A DNA stretch of 64,000 bases from the human T2T-CHM13v2.0 reference genome, Homo sapiens. The DNA lies in NCBI RefSeq assembly GCF_009914755.1, contig NC_060931.1; one strand, given 5' to 3'. Both the position numbers and the translations under genes were made by a program. Shown in pieces: positions 29,584 through 43,639 of this stretch (the stretch's first letter is position 1; each line of letters opens with the position of its first letter). The notes below the pieces were generated by a model. The model did no database searches and had not been told where the DNA came from. It worked only from the letters and a program-made list of their open reading frames with translations.

Positions 29584-32500
29584 AATTAGATAGTATTTTG
29601 ATGGGAATTGCATTGAATTTGTAGATTGCTTTTGGCTGTATGGTCATTTTCACAATATTGATTCTACTCATCGGTTAATATGAGATGTGTTTCCATTTGT
29701 TTATGTTGTCCTTCAACAATGTTTTGTAGGTGACCTTGTAGAGGTCTTTCACCTTCTTGGTTAGGTATATTCTTAAGAATTTTATTTTATTTTTTGCAGC
29801 TTTTGTAAAAGGGATTGAGATAAAGGGATTGAGTTATTTATTTGATTCTCAGCTTGGTTGCTGTTGGTGTATAGCAATGCTAATGATTTGTGCACATTGA
29901 TTTTGTACTCTGAAACTTTATTGAATTCATTTATCAGATCTAGGAGTCTTTTGGATGAGTCCTTAGGATTTTCTAGGTATGTGATCATATTATCAGCAAA
30001 CAGCGACTGTTTGACTTCCTCTTTACTGATCTGGATGCCTTTTATCTCTTTCCCTTGTCTGATTGCTCTGGCTAGGACTTCCAGTCGTATGTTAAATAGA
30101 AGTGGGCATCCTTGTCTTGTTGCAGTTCTTGGGGGGATGCTTTCAACTTTTCCCCATTCAATATAATGTTGGCTGTGGTTTTGTCATAGATAGCTTTTAT
30201 TACCTTAAGTTATGTCACTTCTATGCCAATTTTGCTGAGTGTTTTAATAAAAAAGAGATGCTGGATTTTGTCAAATGCTTTCTCTGTGTCTACAGAGATG
30301 ATCATGTGATTTTGGTTTTTAATTCTGTTTATGTGGTGTATCACATTTATTGACTTGTGCTTGTTAAACCATCCCTGCATCCCTGGTATGAAACCCACTT
30401 GATCATGGTGGATTATCTTTTTGATATGCTATTGGATTCAGTTGGCTCATATTTTGCTGAGGATTGTTGCATCTATGTTCATCAGGGATATTGGTCTGTA
30501 GTTTTCTTTTTTTGTTAGGTCTTTTTCTGGTTTTGGTATTAGGGTGATACTGGCTTCACAGAATGATTTAGGGAGCATTCCCTCTTTCTCTATCTTTTGG
30601 AATAGTTTCAATAACATTGGTAGGAATTTTTCTTCGAATGTCTGATAGAATGCAGCTGTGAATCTATCTGATCCTAAACATTTTTGTTGGCAATTTTTTA
30701 TTACCATTTTAATCTCACTGCTTGTTATTGATTTGCTCAGAGTTTCTATTTCTTCTTGATTTAATCTAGGAGGGTGGTTTATTACCAGGAATTTCTCCAT
30801 CTCCTCTAGGTTTTCTAGCTTGTGTGCATAAAGGTGTTGATAGTAGTCTTGGATGATCGTCAGTATTTCTATGGTATCAGATGTAATATCTCCCGTTTTG
30901 TTTCTCATTGAGCTTATTTGGATCTTCTCTCTTCTTTACTTGGTTACTCTTACTAATAGTCTATCAGTTTTGTTTATCTTTTCAAATAACAAACTTTTTG
31001 TTTCATTTATCTTTTGTATTTTTTTTGTTTCAATTTCATTTAGTTCTGCTCTGATCTTTGTTATTTCTTCTCTTCTGCTGGGTTTGGGCTTGATTTGTTT
31101 TTGTTTCTCTAGTTCCTTGAAGTGTGACCTTAGATTGCCCATTTGTGCTCTTTCAGACTTTTTGATGTAGGCATTTGATGTTATGAATTTACCTCTTAGC
31201 ACTGTTTTTGCTGTATTCCAGAGGTTTTCATAGGTTGTGTCACTATTATCATTCAGTTCAAAGAATTTTAAAATTCCATCTTGACTTCATTGTTGAACCA
31301 ATGATCATTCAGGAACAGATTATTTAACTTCAATGTATTTGCATGGATTTCAGGCTTCCTTTTGGAGTTGATTTCCAATTTTATTCCACTGTTATCTGAG
31401 GCAGTACTTAATATAATTTCAATATTCTTGAATTTATTGAGGCTTGTTTTGTGGCCTATCATATGGTCTATCTTGAAGAATGTTCCATGTGCTGATGAAT
31501 AGAATGTATATTCTGCAGTTGTTGAGTAGAATGTTCTGTAAATATTTGTTAAGTATTTGTTGTAGGGTATAGTTTAAGTCCATTGTTTCTTTGTTGACTT
31601 TCTGTCTTGATGACCCGTCTAGTGGTGTCAGTGGAGTATTGAAGTCCTCCACTATCATTGTGTTGCTGTCTATCTCATTTCTCAGGTCTAGTAGTAATTG
31701 TTTTATAAATTAGGGAGCTCCAGTGTTAGGTGCATATATATTCAGAATTGGAATATTTTCCTGTTGGACTAGTCCTTTTATCATTATACAGTATCCTTCT
31801 TTGTCTTTTTAAACTGTTGTTTTTTTAAAGTCTGTTTTGTCTAAGAATATCTACTCCTGCTTGCTTTTGGTGTCCATTTGCATAGAATATCTTTTTCCAC
31901 CTCTTTACCTTAAGTTTATGTGAATCTTTAGGTGGTAGGTGAGTCTCCTGAAGACAGCAGATAGTTGGTGGGTGAATTTTTATCCATTCTTCCATTTTGT
32001 ATCTTTTAAGTGGAGCATTTAGGCCATTTACGTTCAACATTAGTATTGAGATGTGAGGTACTAATCTATTCATCGTGATAGTTGTTGCCTGAATATCTTG
32101 GGTTTTTTTTCTCATTGTGTTATGTTTTATAGGCTTTGTGATATTTATACTGCAAGGAGGTTCTATTTTGGTGTATTTTGAGGTTTTGTTTCAAGATTTA
32201 AAACTCCTTTTAGCAGTTCTTGTAGTGCTGACTTGGTAGTGGAGAATTCTCTCAGCATTTGTTTGTCTGAAAAAGACTATCTTTCCTTCATTTATGAGGC
32301 TTAGTTTTGGTAGATACAAAATTCTTGGCTGATAATTGTTTTGTTTAAGGAGGCTAAAGATACAGCCCCAATCCCTTTAGTTTGTAGAGTTCCTGCTGCA
32401 AAATGTGCTGTTAATCTTATAGGTTTTCCTTTATAGGTTACCTGATTCTTTTGCCTCACAGCTGTTAAGATTCTTTCCTTTGTCTTGACTTTAGATAACC

Positions 32501-33256
32501 TGATGACTATGTGCCTTGGTGATGATCTTTTTGCAATAACTTTTCCAGGTGTTTTTTTGAGCTTCTTGTGTTTGGATATCTAGATCTCTAGCAAGGCCAG
32601 GGAAGTTTTCCTCGATTATTTCCTCAAATAATTTTTCCAAACTCATAGATATCTCTTCTTCCTCAGGAGCACCAATTATTCTTAGGTTTGGTTGTTTCAC
32701 ATAGTCCCAAACTTCTTGGAGGCTTTGCTCATGTTTTTAAAATGTTTCTTTTTTGTCTTTGTTGTATTGGGTTAATTTTAAAGCCTTGTCTTCAAGCTCT
32801 GAGGTTCTTTCTTCTACTGACCCTGCAGAGACCCTGCAGGGACTCAGGGAAGCTTTTAAGCTTCCAAATATAGAAGAATTTTTAATACTTGTTGTCTGTT
32901 CAGAGAAAAATGATAAAATTAACACAACAAAATTTTGAGGAAAAGTTAAAGAAATGTGGAGAGTTTAAACTCAGGAATATAAGGTTGGGATGAAATCTGG
33001 TAATGGGCTTTTCATATTTGAGGTTATACAGGACACAAGCCTCTTTGCTCTAAGCCTGTTCTCTCACACAATGGCTGTAAATAAAAGGGGTACTTCAAAT
33101 GGAATGAACTTGCCTCTTCTGGCTTCTTCTGGCTGAGTCCACCCCAAAGGCCTCAAGGAGGAAGGCAAGTGGTGTACCCCAGGCCTCATGGAGGCAGTTG
33201 GTCATTGGAGGTCCTTCTCTTCAGCGGGGTTCTCACAAAAGATTCTAGGATGGTTA

Positions 33257-33570
<314 letters not shown>

Positions 33571-33729
33571 CTAGGATGGCGAGAAGAGAGATTTTCCTCA
33601 CCTCCACTGCTAAGAGAGGTTGTTTCCTAACCCTTGGCCTTGCCTCCAGGCTCTTCTTTTTGGTCCTCACTGCTGATATAGGCTTCCGTTTCTTTTGTTC
33701 TTATTTTAAATTACAGGACTTTTCCATTT

Positions 33730-34203
33730 TACTTCCCCGTCTTAAACAACAACAGCTTTGAATACCTCTTCATTGTGTCTGAAATAAAGTTCTGACTCTC
33801 GGTTATGGCATTTATAACTCCTCATATCCTGACCCTGATCTTGTTTAGCCTAAGTTTTTCAATCAATCCACTCACTGCCATCTACGCCCCTACAAGGGCG
33901 CAAGCACATGGGGATTTTCATGCCTCAGAGCCTCCTCGTGTTCAAACTCAATCCAAATGCTGTTTCCTCTATAAAATCTTCCCTGACTCCTCATCAATGT
34001 AACAATGGCTAGGCATACATAGTTCTATAATCTAGTTTATTACATGACGTTATAGTCTTAATTTTTTTTTTTTTTTGTATGTCTGTCTCTTCCATAGACT
34101 GAGCTCCCTCAGGGCAGATTCTCTATTTCTCTCTTTTTATTAACCTCAACATCTAGCACAAGGTCTGGCACAAAGACTTTGCTTAATAAATTCTGGTTGA
34201 ATT
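33730..34203 (+). mobile_element. L2 fragment
   Basis: TAGACTGAGCTCCCTCAGGGCAG..TCTAGCACAAGGTCTGGCACA..AATAAATTCTGGTTGAAT. Confidence 0.7.
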
Positions 34204-34349
34204 GCCTATGGCCAGGGAAGATTGTGAGTTAATTATAAAGGAAAGAGTTTGTGATTTTCATTCCCAGGTGGATGAGTTTGGGAAATACTCTCAAGCTTCC
34301 CCCTCAATGGTCTTAATATCAAGACCTCTTTTCTACAGTCTGTGCCTGT

Positions 34350-34732
34350 AACTCATAAGTCCCAGGCTCTGAAAAGAGCTGCCTGGGTTTGAATCTAGCC
34401 CCCTTGAGGCTGTGTGGCTTCTGGTGATCATTTAACCTTTAACTTTTCCTCAACTGTGAAACAAAGAACTTCATGGCTGCATCTTAGTTCTGCTGTAAGA
34501 ATGAAATAAGATAATCCACATAAAATTAGCACCTCACATTTGTGGGCTAGGCACTGTTCTAAGCGCTTTACATACTGCCTTCTTTCTAACAACCTCAAGA
34601 GCAGTGTGCTGTTTTAATCATTAGATGAGAAAACTGAGATATAAAGAGGCTAAATAACTTTACAGTGTTTGTTCACTTAGCTATTAAGTGGCTGAGCTGA
34701 ATTCTGCTTCTCAAGTCTGCCTTCTTAACCAA
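34350..34732. mobile_element. two MIRs tail-to-tail (+ then -)
   Basis: CTGGGTTTGAATC..TTTCCTCAACTGTGAAA on plus; AGGCACTGTTCTAAGCGCTTTACAT..AGATGAGAAAACTGAG on minus. Confidence 0.7.
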
Positions 34733-34739
34733 TCTTGCC

Positions 34740-35500
34740 GTTTATTTTATTTTTTTATTAAAATGTTTTATTATTTTAGTTTGCAAATCATAATTTATAT
34801 ATATATATTTCTGGGGTAAAATGTGATGTTTTCATATATGTATACAACATGGAATAATTGAGTTAATTAACATATGCATCACCTCACTGTGAAAGTTGTC
34901 GGAATCAAAATAAAATGTCTTATGTTAAAAACCCTGACAAATAGAGCTGAGGAAAACCAAGAATAGTGGGTTCTCATACACAAATGCCTCATAACAAGAA
35001 CTATCACAAAAGGCTCAGCAAAAACCACAACTTTGTGCAAAGGCCATTGAAACCTTACACAAAAATACACTTATTCAAGGACGTCTGCCCAGCAACTGCC
35101 TTTCCAACCTCGGACCGGCCACAACCCTTGTCATTGATCCTTGTAGCCAAGGATAATTATCTTAAAACAACTATGTTTTCCTCCCCTTTTCTCTTTTAAA
35201 AACCTTTGTGTTCTTTTACCTCCCTGAATATACACATAGTTGACTATGGCATGCATATTCCTATTGTAAATACCTATCCCTGAATAAATAGCATTTTCTT
35301 TTTGAGAGTCTCCCTCTCTGCTTGTTATTTAGGTTGACATTTACCCATCATTTCTTGTGGTGAGAAATTTAAAATTTATTCTCAGCAATTTTGAAATATA
35401 CAATATATTGTTATTAATTATAGTCACGCTGCTGTGCAATAGATCTCAAAAATGAGTTCCGCCTGTCTAAATGAATCTTTGTATCCTTTGACAATGTTAT
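34740..35500 (-). mobile_element. L1MA 3' end split by an LTR
   Basis: TTAATTAACATATGCATCACCTCAC then, after the LTR, TTACCCATCATTTCTTGTGGTGAGAAATTT..GCTGTGCAATAGATCTC. Confidence 0.8.
34888..35339 (+). mobile_element. MER65-like ERV1 solo LTR
   Basis: TGTGAAAGTTGTCGGAATCAAAAT..AAAACCCTGACAAATAGAGC..AATAAA..TTTAGGTTGACA; TG..CA termini. Confidence 0.8.
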
Positions 35501-35799
35501 ATTCTACACTCCTTACATTAAGAGCATCAACTTGAACCACTTAATGTGAACTAGGAATACTATGATTCTTTAGCTTTCCTTTGCACCAAGGTTTTCTGTC
35601 TTCTCAATGTAGTTTTTGAAATTCTTACAGAAACAGAATATTAAAAATCAATTTATGCATGCAGGGCATTTAGAAATGCATTTGAAAATAGGTCATGCAA
35701 ATAATTGTCAAGGGTCACATCCAAAAGCAACTGTGAAAATACTACCTTGTGATTATGATGAACTGAAAGCTGCTGATGAGGGAAAGAGATTTGTTTTTC

Positions 35800-36104
35800 T
35801 TTTTCTTTTCTCTTTTTCTAGAGTCAGGCTCTCACCCTGTCATGCAGGCTGGAGTGCAGTGACATGATTATAGCTCACTGCATCCTCGAAATTCTGGGCT
35901 CAACCGATCCTCCCACCTCGGTCTCCCCAGTAGCTGGGACTACAGGCATGCACCACTATGGCCAGCTAATTATTTTTGTATTTTTTGTAGAGACAGAGTT
36001 TTACTTTGTTGCCCAGGCTGGTCTTGAACTCCTTGGCTCAAGCAATTCTTCTGCCTCAGCCCACAAAGTGTTAGTATTACAGGTGCAAAACTCCATGCCC
36101 GGCC
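35800..36104 (-). mobile_element. AluJ
   Basis: Reverse dimer with J diagnostics; TTGTTTTTCTT on both flanks. Confidence 0.92.
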
Positions 36105-37088
36105 TATACTTGTTTTTCTTTCCTTCCCTCTGGAAAGCTAGGAATATTTATTTAACTACTTATTTGTGTGTTCATTTATAGGCAGACTGGGCATTATCAT
36201 TAAAATTTGTGGTATTTAATTTAGAAGTCAGAAGGGTGATGCCATGCAGTAATCACAATCTTTAAAAGCAAATTTCCCATTGTCAGACAACCAAATTAAC
36301 TGGCATAAATGTATGACAAATTGTGAAACAGCTGATTAAACCAGTTGCCAAATAGAGCTCTATTCAGATAATAACTCAGTGTTCAACACATTTTAGCACA
36401 GATTATGTGAAAAGTCTTTATTTAGCAAAAGCAGAGATCAAAACTGTTATCCTACTTTTATTTTCTCAAGGATAATATGATTATAATAATACGAATTTAA
36501 TTGTCTTTGGTGTGAGCAATTTCTGGGCTCCATTCACTGGAAAGTACATACATTAAGTTTTGCCAGTAAATGATGTGACTATATAGCAGAAAAGGATGTA
36601 AGGTTGGTTTTTTTTTCTTTATTTTCCTTTTTAAAAGACTCCATATATTACAGGTGATTGGCACAAAAGTAAAGTGATGTTAGCAAGTTTCTTATTCTTC
36701 CTATACCAATACATTGCTTTCTAATTTTTTGGATATTCCTCATGCCTTATAAGTTCCCATAGTTCCTTGGAAATATACTCCAACAGTGATGTTTTGGGGT
36801 CACACTGGTGCTGGTGGTGCTTCATTCCCAAAGGGCATGGGCAAGCACAAAAGGGAAAGGATGAGTAGGGTGGGACTCATTGCTGCAGGTTCACGCTGTT
36901 GTTTTAACCACATTGCCCTGCTCTATGAATTGCCGCAGTGGAGTTCTTTACTTACCATGACCCAGATTTCACTCAAGCTAGGCAGCATCAGTAGAAATAA
37001 CGGTAACATATTTTTCCTCCTTTCCAACAGTTGTTATACCATATTTGCTAGAACTTTCAGAAAATGTTGAACAATAACATGAAAATGA

Positions 37089-37391
<303 letters not shown>

Positions 37392-38246
37392 GAAAATGAA
37401 CATTCTTGTCGTGTTCTTGATTTCATGGCATTCTTGAAGTATATGCTGCCTCTCCACAGCCTTCCACTAATGACAGAAACCAGGACTCACTCTCAGAACT
37501 CTTTCTGCAGAACTTAGATGCTGTTGATGCATCAGTCTCCAACCAGCTCTACCCGCCCAGCTACCACTAACTGATAGGAATGAGCACAGTGAAAATCATT
37601 GGCCATTAACACTCTAGAGTTTTGCCATGTGTGAAAAGTGTTCTTTTGATCTTATTTACTTAGAAATTTCTTTCATCATTTTTTTCTTTTTAAAACAAGG
37701 ATGCATGCTTAGGCCATTTTCCAAGATGATTATATGCTTTTTTCATTTGGCTATTATTATCATGGACTAAATCAATTTCATAATGTTGAATCACTCAAGT
37801 TTCTGGCTGAACTATTTCTTGGCCATGATATATATACTCATATTTTTTAATGTTTTATTTGGTCTTTTTATATCTATTAATATATTAGCAAGTGATGTTT
37901 ACCTTCGGTTTTATGAAACTTTATGGTAAAACCATGTGTTAGTATCAAAGTTTTGCTAACTTACTAACAGCACTTGAGGAATTCCATCTCTTGCTATGCC
38001 CTAGAATTTTAAATTGTATAAAATTCATCTATTTCTGACAGTCTATAGTCTCGCCTGTAAAACCATCTGGGCTGAGTAATTCTTGGAATATATTTTCAAT
38101 TTTGTCCATGATTATTGGTATATTCACATTTTCTTCCTCTTCTTCAGTTAGATTTGGTAATCTATATTTTCCTAAAAAATTTATTCACTTTATTTATATT
38201 TTTGAATTTGGTCTTAAAGAATTATAGCTATATTCACTTATAGTTG

Positions 38247-38667
38247 TGTTAAAGTGAAGACCAGGCCTGAAGAAGCCCTGAGCAGACAAAGCCAGTTGAG
38301 TCTCATAAATGACCTCAACCTTGCTTTTACAAACATAAGTGAAACTTAACTGGAGCTGTTTCTTGCAAATGCCTATACAATATTAAAACAACAACAACAA
38401 ACAAACAGAACTGGAGCTCAACTAATCAGAAACAAACAACAAACTAATATAGCTAGGGACTTTCCAATGGGATAAACCAAAGAAGGCAATTGCATAACTG
38501 TAACCAAATATTTTCTGTGCTTTACTTCTGTGCTTATTCTATAAAACCTTCCCCCTTGTGTTCCTTTAATGGAGCTCCCAAACCACTTCTTGTTTGGAGC
38601 TATGGATTCATGAACATTTGCTCAAATAAACTCTTTAAAATTTTATTGTGCCTCAGTTTACTTAACT
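38247..38667 (+). mobile_element. ERV solo LTR (MER4-group / MER57-like; subfamily uncertain)
   Basis: TGTTAAAG..TATAAAA..CTCAAATAAACTCTTTAAAATTTTATTGTGCCTCAGTTTACTTAAC; 4-bp TSD GTTG at 38243-38246 and 38668-38671. Confidence 0.8.
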
Positions 38668-39026
38668 GTTGTTATATTCTCTTGCCTCTATGTTATATTC
38701 TAAGTCTAAAATGTTTAAAATATTTGTTTTTTCTTTATCATTTTTACACGTTAGAATTGCTTATTTTATTGGTCTTTGCAAAGAAACAATTGTTGGATTA
38801 ATGTATTCAACTCTACCATTGTTTTGTTTAATCGTCTACTTTTGTCTTTGCTATCCTCAACCTCCTACTTTCCATACTTAATTTGTTTGTTCTTGTTTTC
38901 ATAGTTCAATAAAAGCATTCAGGACACTGAGCACAGTTCTTTGGCTACGCCATCTTCTTAATTCTCCTAAGACTTGGTCCCAATATCATCCATTTCTAAA
39001 ATATCTTGTTTTAATTAAAAAAAATT

Positions 39027-39322
<296 letters not shown>

Positions 39323-39780
39323 TAATTGTTTCTCGGACCCACATTATTTATGAGACTAAAAAAAATAGAATTCCAAGTAATTCTTTTGTTTTATATTTTG
39401 TTGCATAGTAGCCAAAATGAATATTTCATAAATTTTCTTTTTGATGTTGAGATTTTATTTATAGACTTTTATGTGATTAGAATTTTTGAATGTTAAGGAA
39501 AATTCACTGATGGCACAAAATTTGAAATATATTTACTTTTTTATAAAATGGGAATATCTTTTTTCTGGTAATAGAAATATGTGCTTGTTTTTATGAAATT
39601 AAAGTGCTATAGAAATGTGTACTATATAAAGATGCACACATTCTAGACTACAATCTTTTTTAATGGAAAACATTGTGGACATCTTTAAGTGTCAGTATTT
39701 AAAGTTTATAACCAGTACATATCATTCTATTAGGTGAATATGTCATGGTTTATTTAAGCAATCTTTTAATCATTCACTTA

Positions 39781-40122
<342 letters not shown>

Positions 40123-40399
40123 AAGAAACTTTTAAATATCAGGGTTTGCACTAAATATTATGATACAAGAGTAAAAACATCCACATTCCTTTTTTCTTAA
40201 CAAAATTTTCGTTATGAAAATAATGCTCCAATGAATGTCTTATTATATCTATATATTGGTACATTTGCCTAATTATTTGTTTTAAATAGCTTTCCAAAAG
40301 TAAAATTCTTTGGGCCAAAATCCAAGCACATTTACAATTCTCTGACATGTCACCAAAGTCTCCTCCACCAGTTTACTCTTCACCACCTTTGGTATAGCT

Positions 40400-40760
40400 C
40401 TTAGGGATTGAGTTGGACCTTGGGTACAGCGACAGGAAAGAAAGCAGTCTAGGCTGTTGCAGACTCCAAACCAACCAGACAACCAGATTCCCACTGTCTC
40501 TCTGCTCTGCTCTTCCAACATCTGGTTTCCATTCTCAGGTATCTCATTGTTCAAGATGGGCTCCTGAATCTCTAGCTTTTGTCTTCAAGTCACAGGACAA
40601 AGGAGGAGACATGAAGTACCCAGAGTGCTGCTGCTCCTCACTGAGGCATTTTCTTTAAGTGTACTTCCCAGTAGCCCCACACAGCACTCCTCGTTCCAGC
40701 TCATTGGACAGAACTTAGTCACATGACCACACCTAGCTTCAAGGGTGACTCCAAGGCCCA
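40400..40760 (-). mobile_element. old MLT1 LTR fragment
   Basis: CTCATTGGACAGAACTTAGTCACATGACCACACCTAGCT is the MLT1 hallmark in reverse. Confidence 0.7.
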
Positions 40761-40842
40761 TCACTAAAGAGAAAATGCAAGTGACTCTCTCTGTCACACT
40801 CACAAATAAAACGTAGGGACAATCTAATATTTGCCACTATAA

Positions 40843-41276
<434 letters not shown>

Positions 41277-41955
41277 TGAGTTATTTGCTTTTTCCCTGCT
41301 GATTCTTAAGAGTTTTCTAGGGAATAAAAATACTAAACCTTTGACATTTATTTTGTAAGCATTTTCCAATTAGTTGCTTAACTTTCTATTCTGCCTGTGG
41401 TGTTTGCTGCTAAAGAAAAATGTTTTCTTCATTGTAGTCAAACATTTTTCTTACACTTTAGAGTTTTTAGCTTCTGGGTCATTTTAGAAAGGTCTTCCCT
41501 AATCTAGCTTGTAAGGTATTCTCCAACATAGATGCTTTAAAAATAGACTTTAGTAATTATTTTGTTCAGATACCAGTTTTTAAAAAATTGCCACCATTGT
41601 TACATTTTTATAAAATATTTTTGTGATTTCAATATTCAATATTCAGAATATTTCAATATTCTGTAATCAATATTCTGATTTCAATATTTTCAATAAAATA
41701 TTTTTCTGATTTCAATATGAAAATTGCATATTTCAATGCAATTTTATTTGTTCCCTAGAGGTTTATGGTCATTGTATCACCACTGTAACATTTGTCCTTT
41801 ATCAGCATAACAAGGCCCTCTTGATTCTACTTTTCTGGTTCATTCTAGTTTGTCTTCTATTAACACAGGAACATGTCCTTTTGTGTTAATGCTATTGCTT
41901 ATCTTCACATCATGTATTACTTTTAAACTTTTTCTGTCACTTTATTTTATGAGTA

Positions 41956-42430
41956 TTGTAAATATCAGCTAGGAAAGCTTTTAGCTACAAGTTCAGAAAT
42001 CAGAACTAACCATAACTTAGTAAGTATGTATTCTTTTGCTTTTCTAGCTTTCTCTCTCTCTCTCTTTTTTTTTTTTTTGGCATTTTTAAGAGTTTTAGAG
42101 GTTGTACTCACTTTCTTTCCTAGTGCTATCTTTAGCACGTTGCTTTGTTGCCTCATGCTTACAAGATGTCTTCTGCAGCTCAAGACAACACAATGATTTC
42201 CAAGTCAGGAATAAAGGGTCGGAGTAGCTCCAGCTATGTCAGTTCCTTTTGTCTGAAAAGCAAAAAGTTTCCCAGACACCCCATACTTTCATCTCATTGG
42301 CTGGAACTGTATCACATGATCACATCTAGCTGCAAAGAAGGCTGGAAAATAAGTATTTATCTGTTCTAGACTCTGTAGTAGAGGATGCAGAGGAGGACTA
42401 GATTAGCCAACTAACTCTCACCTGCCTCAG
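41956..42430 (-). mobile_element. old MLT1 (J/K/L-like) LTR
   Basis: TCTCATTGGCTGGAACTGTATCACATGATCACATCTAGCTGCAAAGAAGGCTGGAAAAT. Confidence 0.75.
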
Positions 42431-43335
42431 TATGTTTTTTGGAAATAACATATGATTTTTTTTTACCGAGTTTGAAATGTGTCAATTTATAATTTTAGCA
42501 AATGCATTTGTTTAATCTTCCTAAAACACCACTTCAGTCATGTCACTTCCTACCTATCTAAGCTCTAATGCGCTGGAGTTTCCCAGCCCTTCTTTTCCAA
42601 ACGCAACAGATCTTACTTCATTTTAATTTTCTCATCATGCTTTTCTTTTTTTTTTTTTGAATACTTTAGTATTATGTAGAGGATAATTTCTTTACCTGTT
42701 TTCTTCTCTCCTCTTTTTTATTTCTACTAGTATTAACTTAATGTTTGCTGAAAAAATTCTTGTGTTTTCCTTATAAGATTCAAACATGGAATATCTTTAA
42801 TATCCCATTATTTAAGAGTAGTTACTAATTCCTAAATTTCCCTTTTGTTATACTTGCACTTCGACTAGCTAGTCTGTTCTAATATTTGAAGTTTAGATCT
42901 AGAATATAATATTCTCCATTATGCAGTTCAGTGTTTTTTTTTTATGCATTCACAGAACTTGTACCCATCACCACAATCTATTTTAGAAGGTGTTGGTGAC
43001 CCTAAAAGGAAATGCATACTAATGCATTTCCCATACGCACCCAATTACAAGAAGACTGGTGGCTTTTAGAGGCACACGTGGCCAATCCTAACGCAACTGA
43101 AGTTCCATTTGTTAATTAGAAAGAGAAAACGGGTATTGAATAGGCAAATATAGTCTTGCCACATTCTCTGTCTTGTGATCCCCTTCCTAGGTTAGTGTAA
43201 ATATGTCTTCAATTAGCATTTTTAAATAGTACATTTTTAATCCCTTGTGTATCTGAGACTGTATTTCAATGGCTTTCACATGTGAAAGTACACATTTGCC
43301 TTGGATCTTAAACTTTCTCTTTCAAAACCCTGTAG

Positions 43336-43631
<296 letters not shown>

Positions 43632-43639
43632 CTGTGGCT

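Noticed and set aside
29782-32925. Reverse transcriptase / endonuclease / ORF1-like ORFs as a novel retro-system
   Set aside because: Ordinary LINE-1 remnants broken by stops and frameshifts, 5'-truncated and internally deleted
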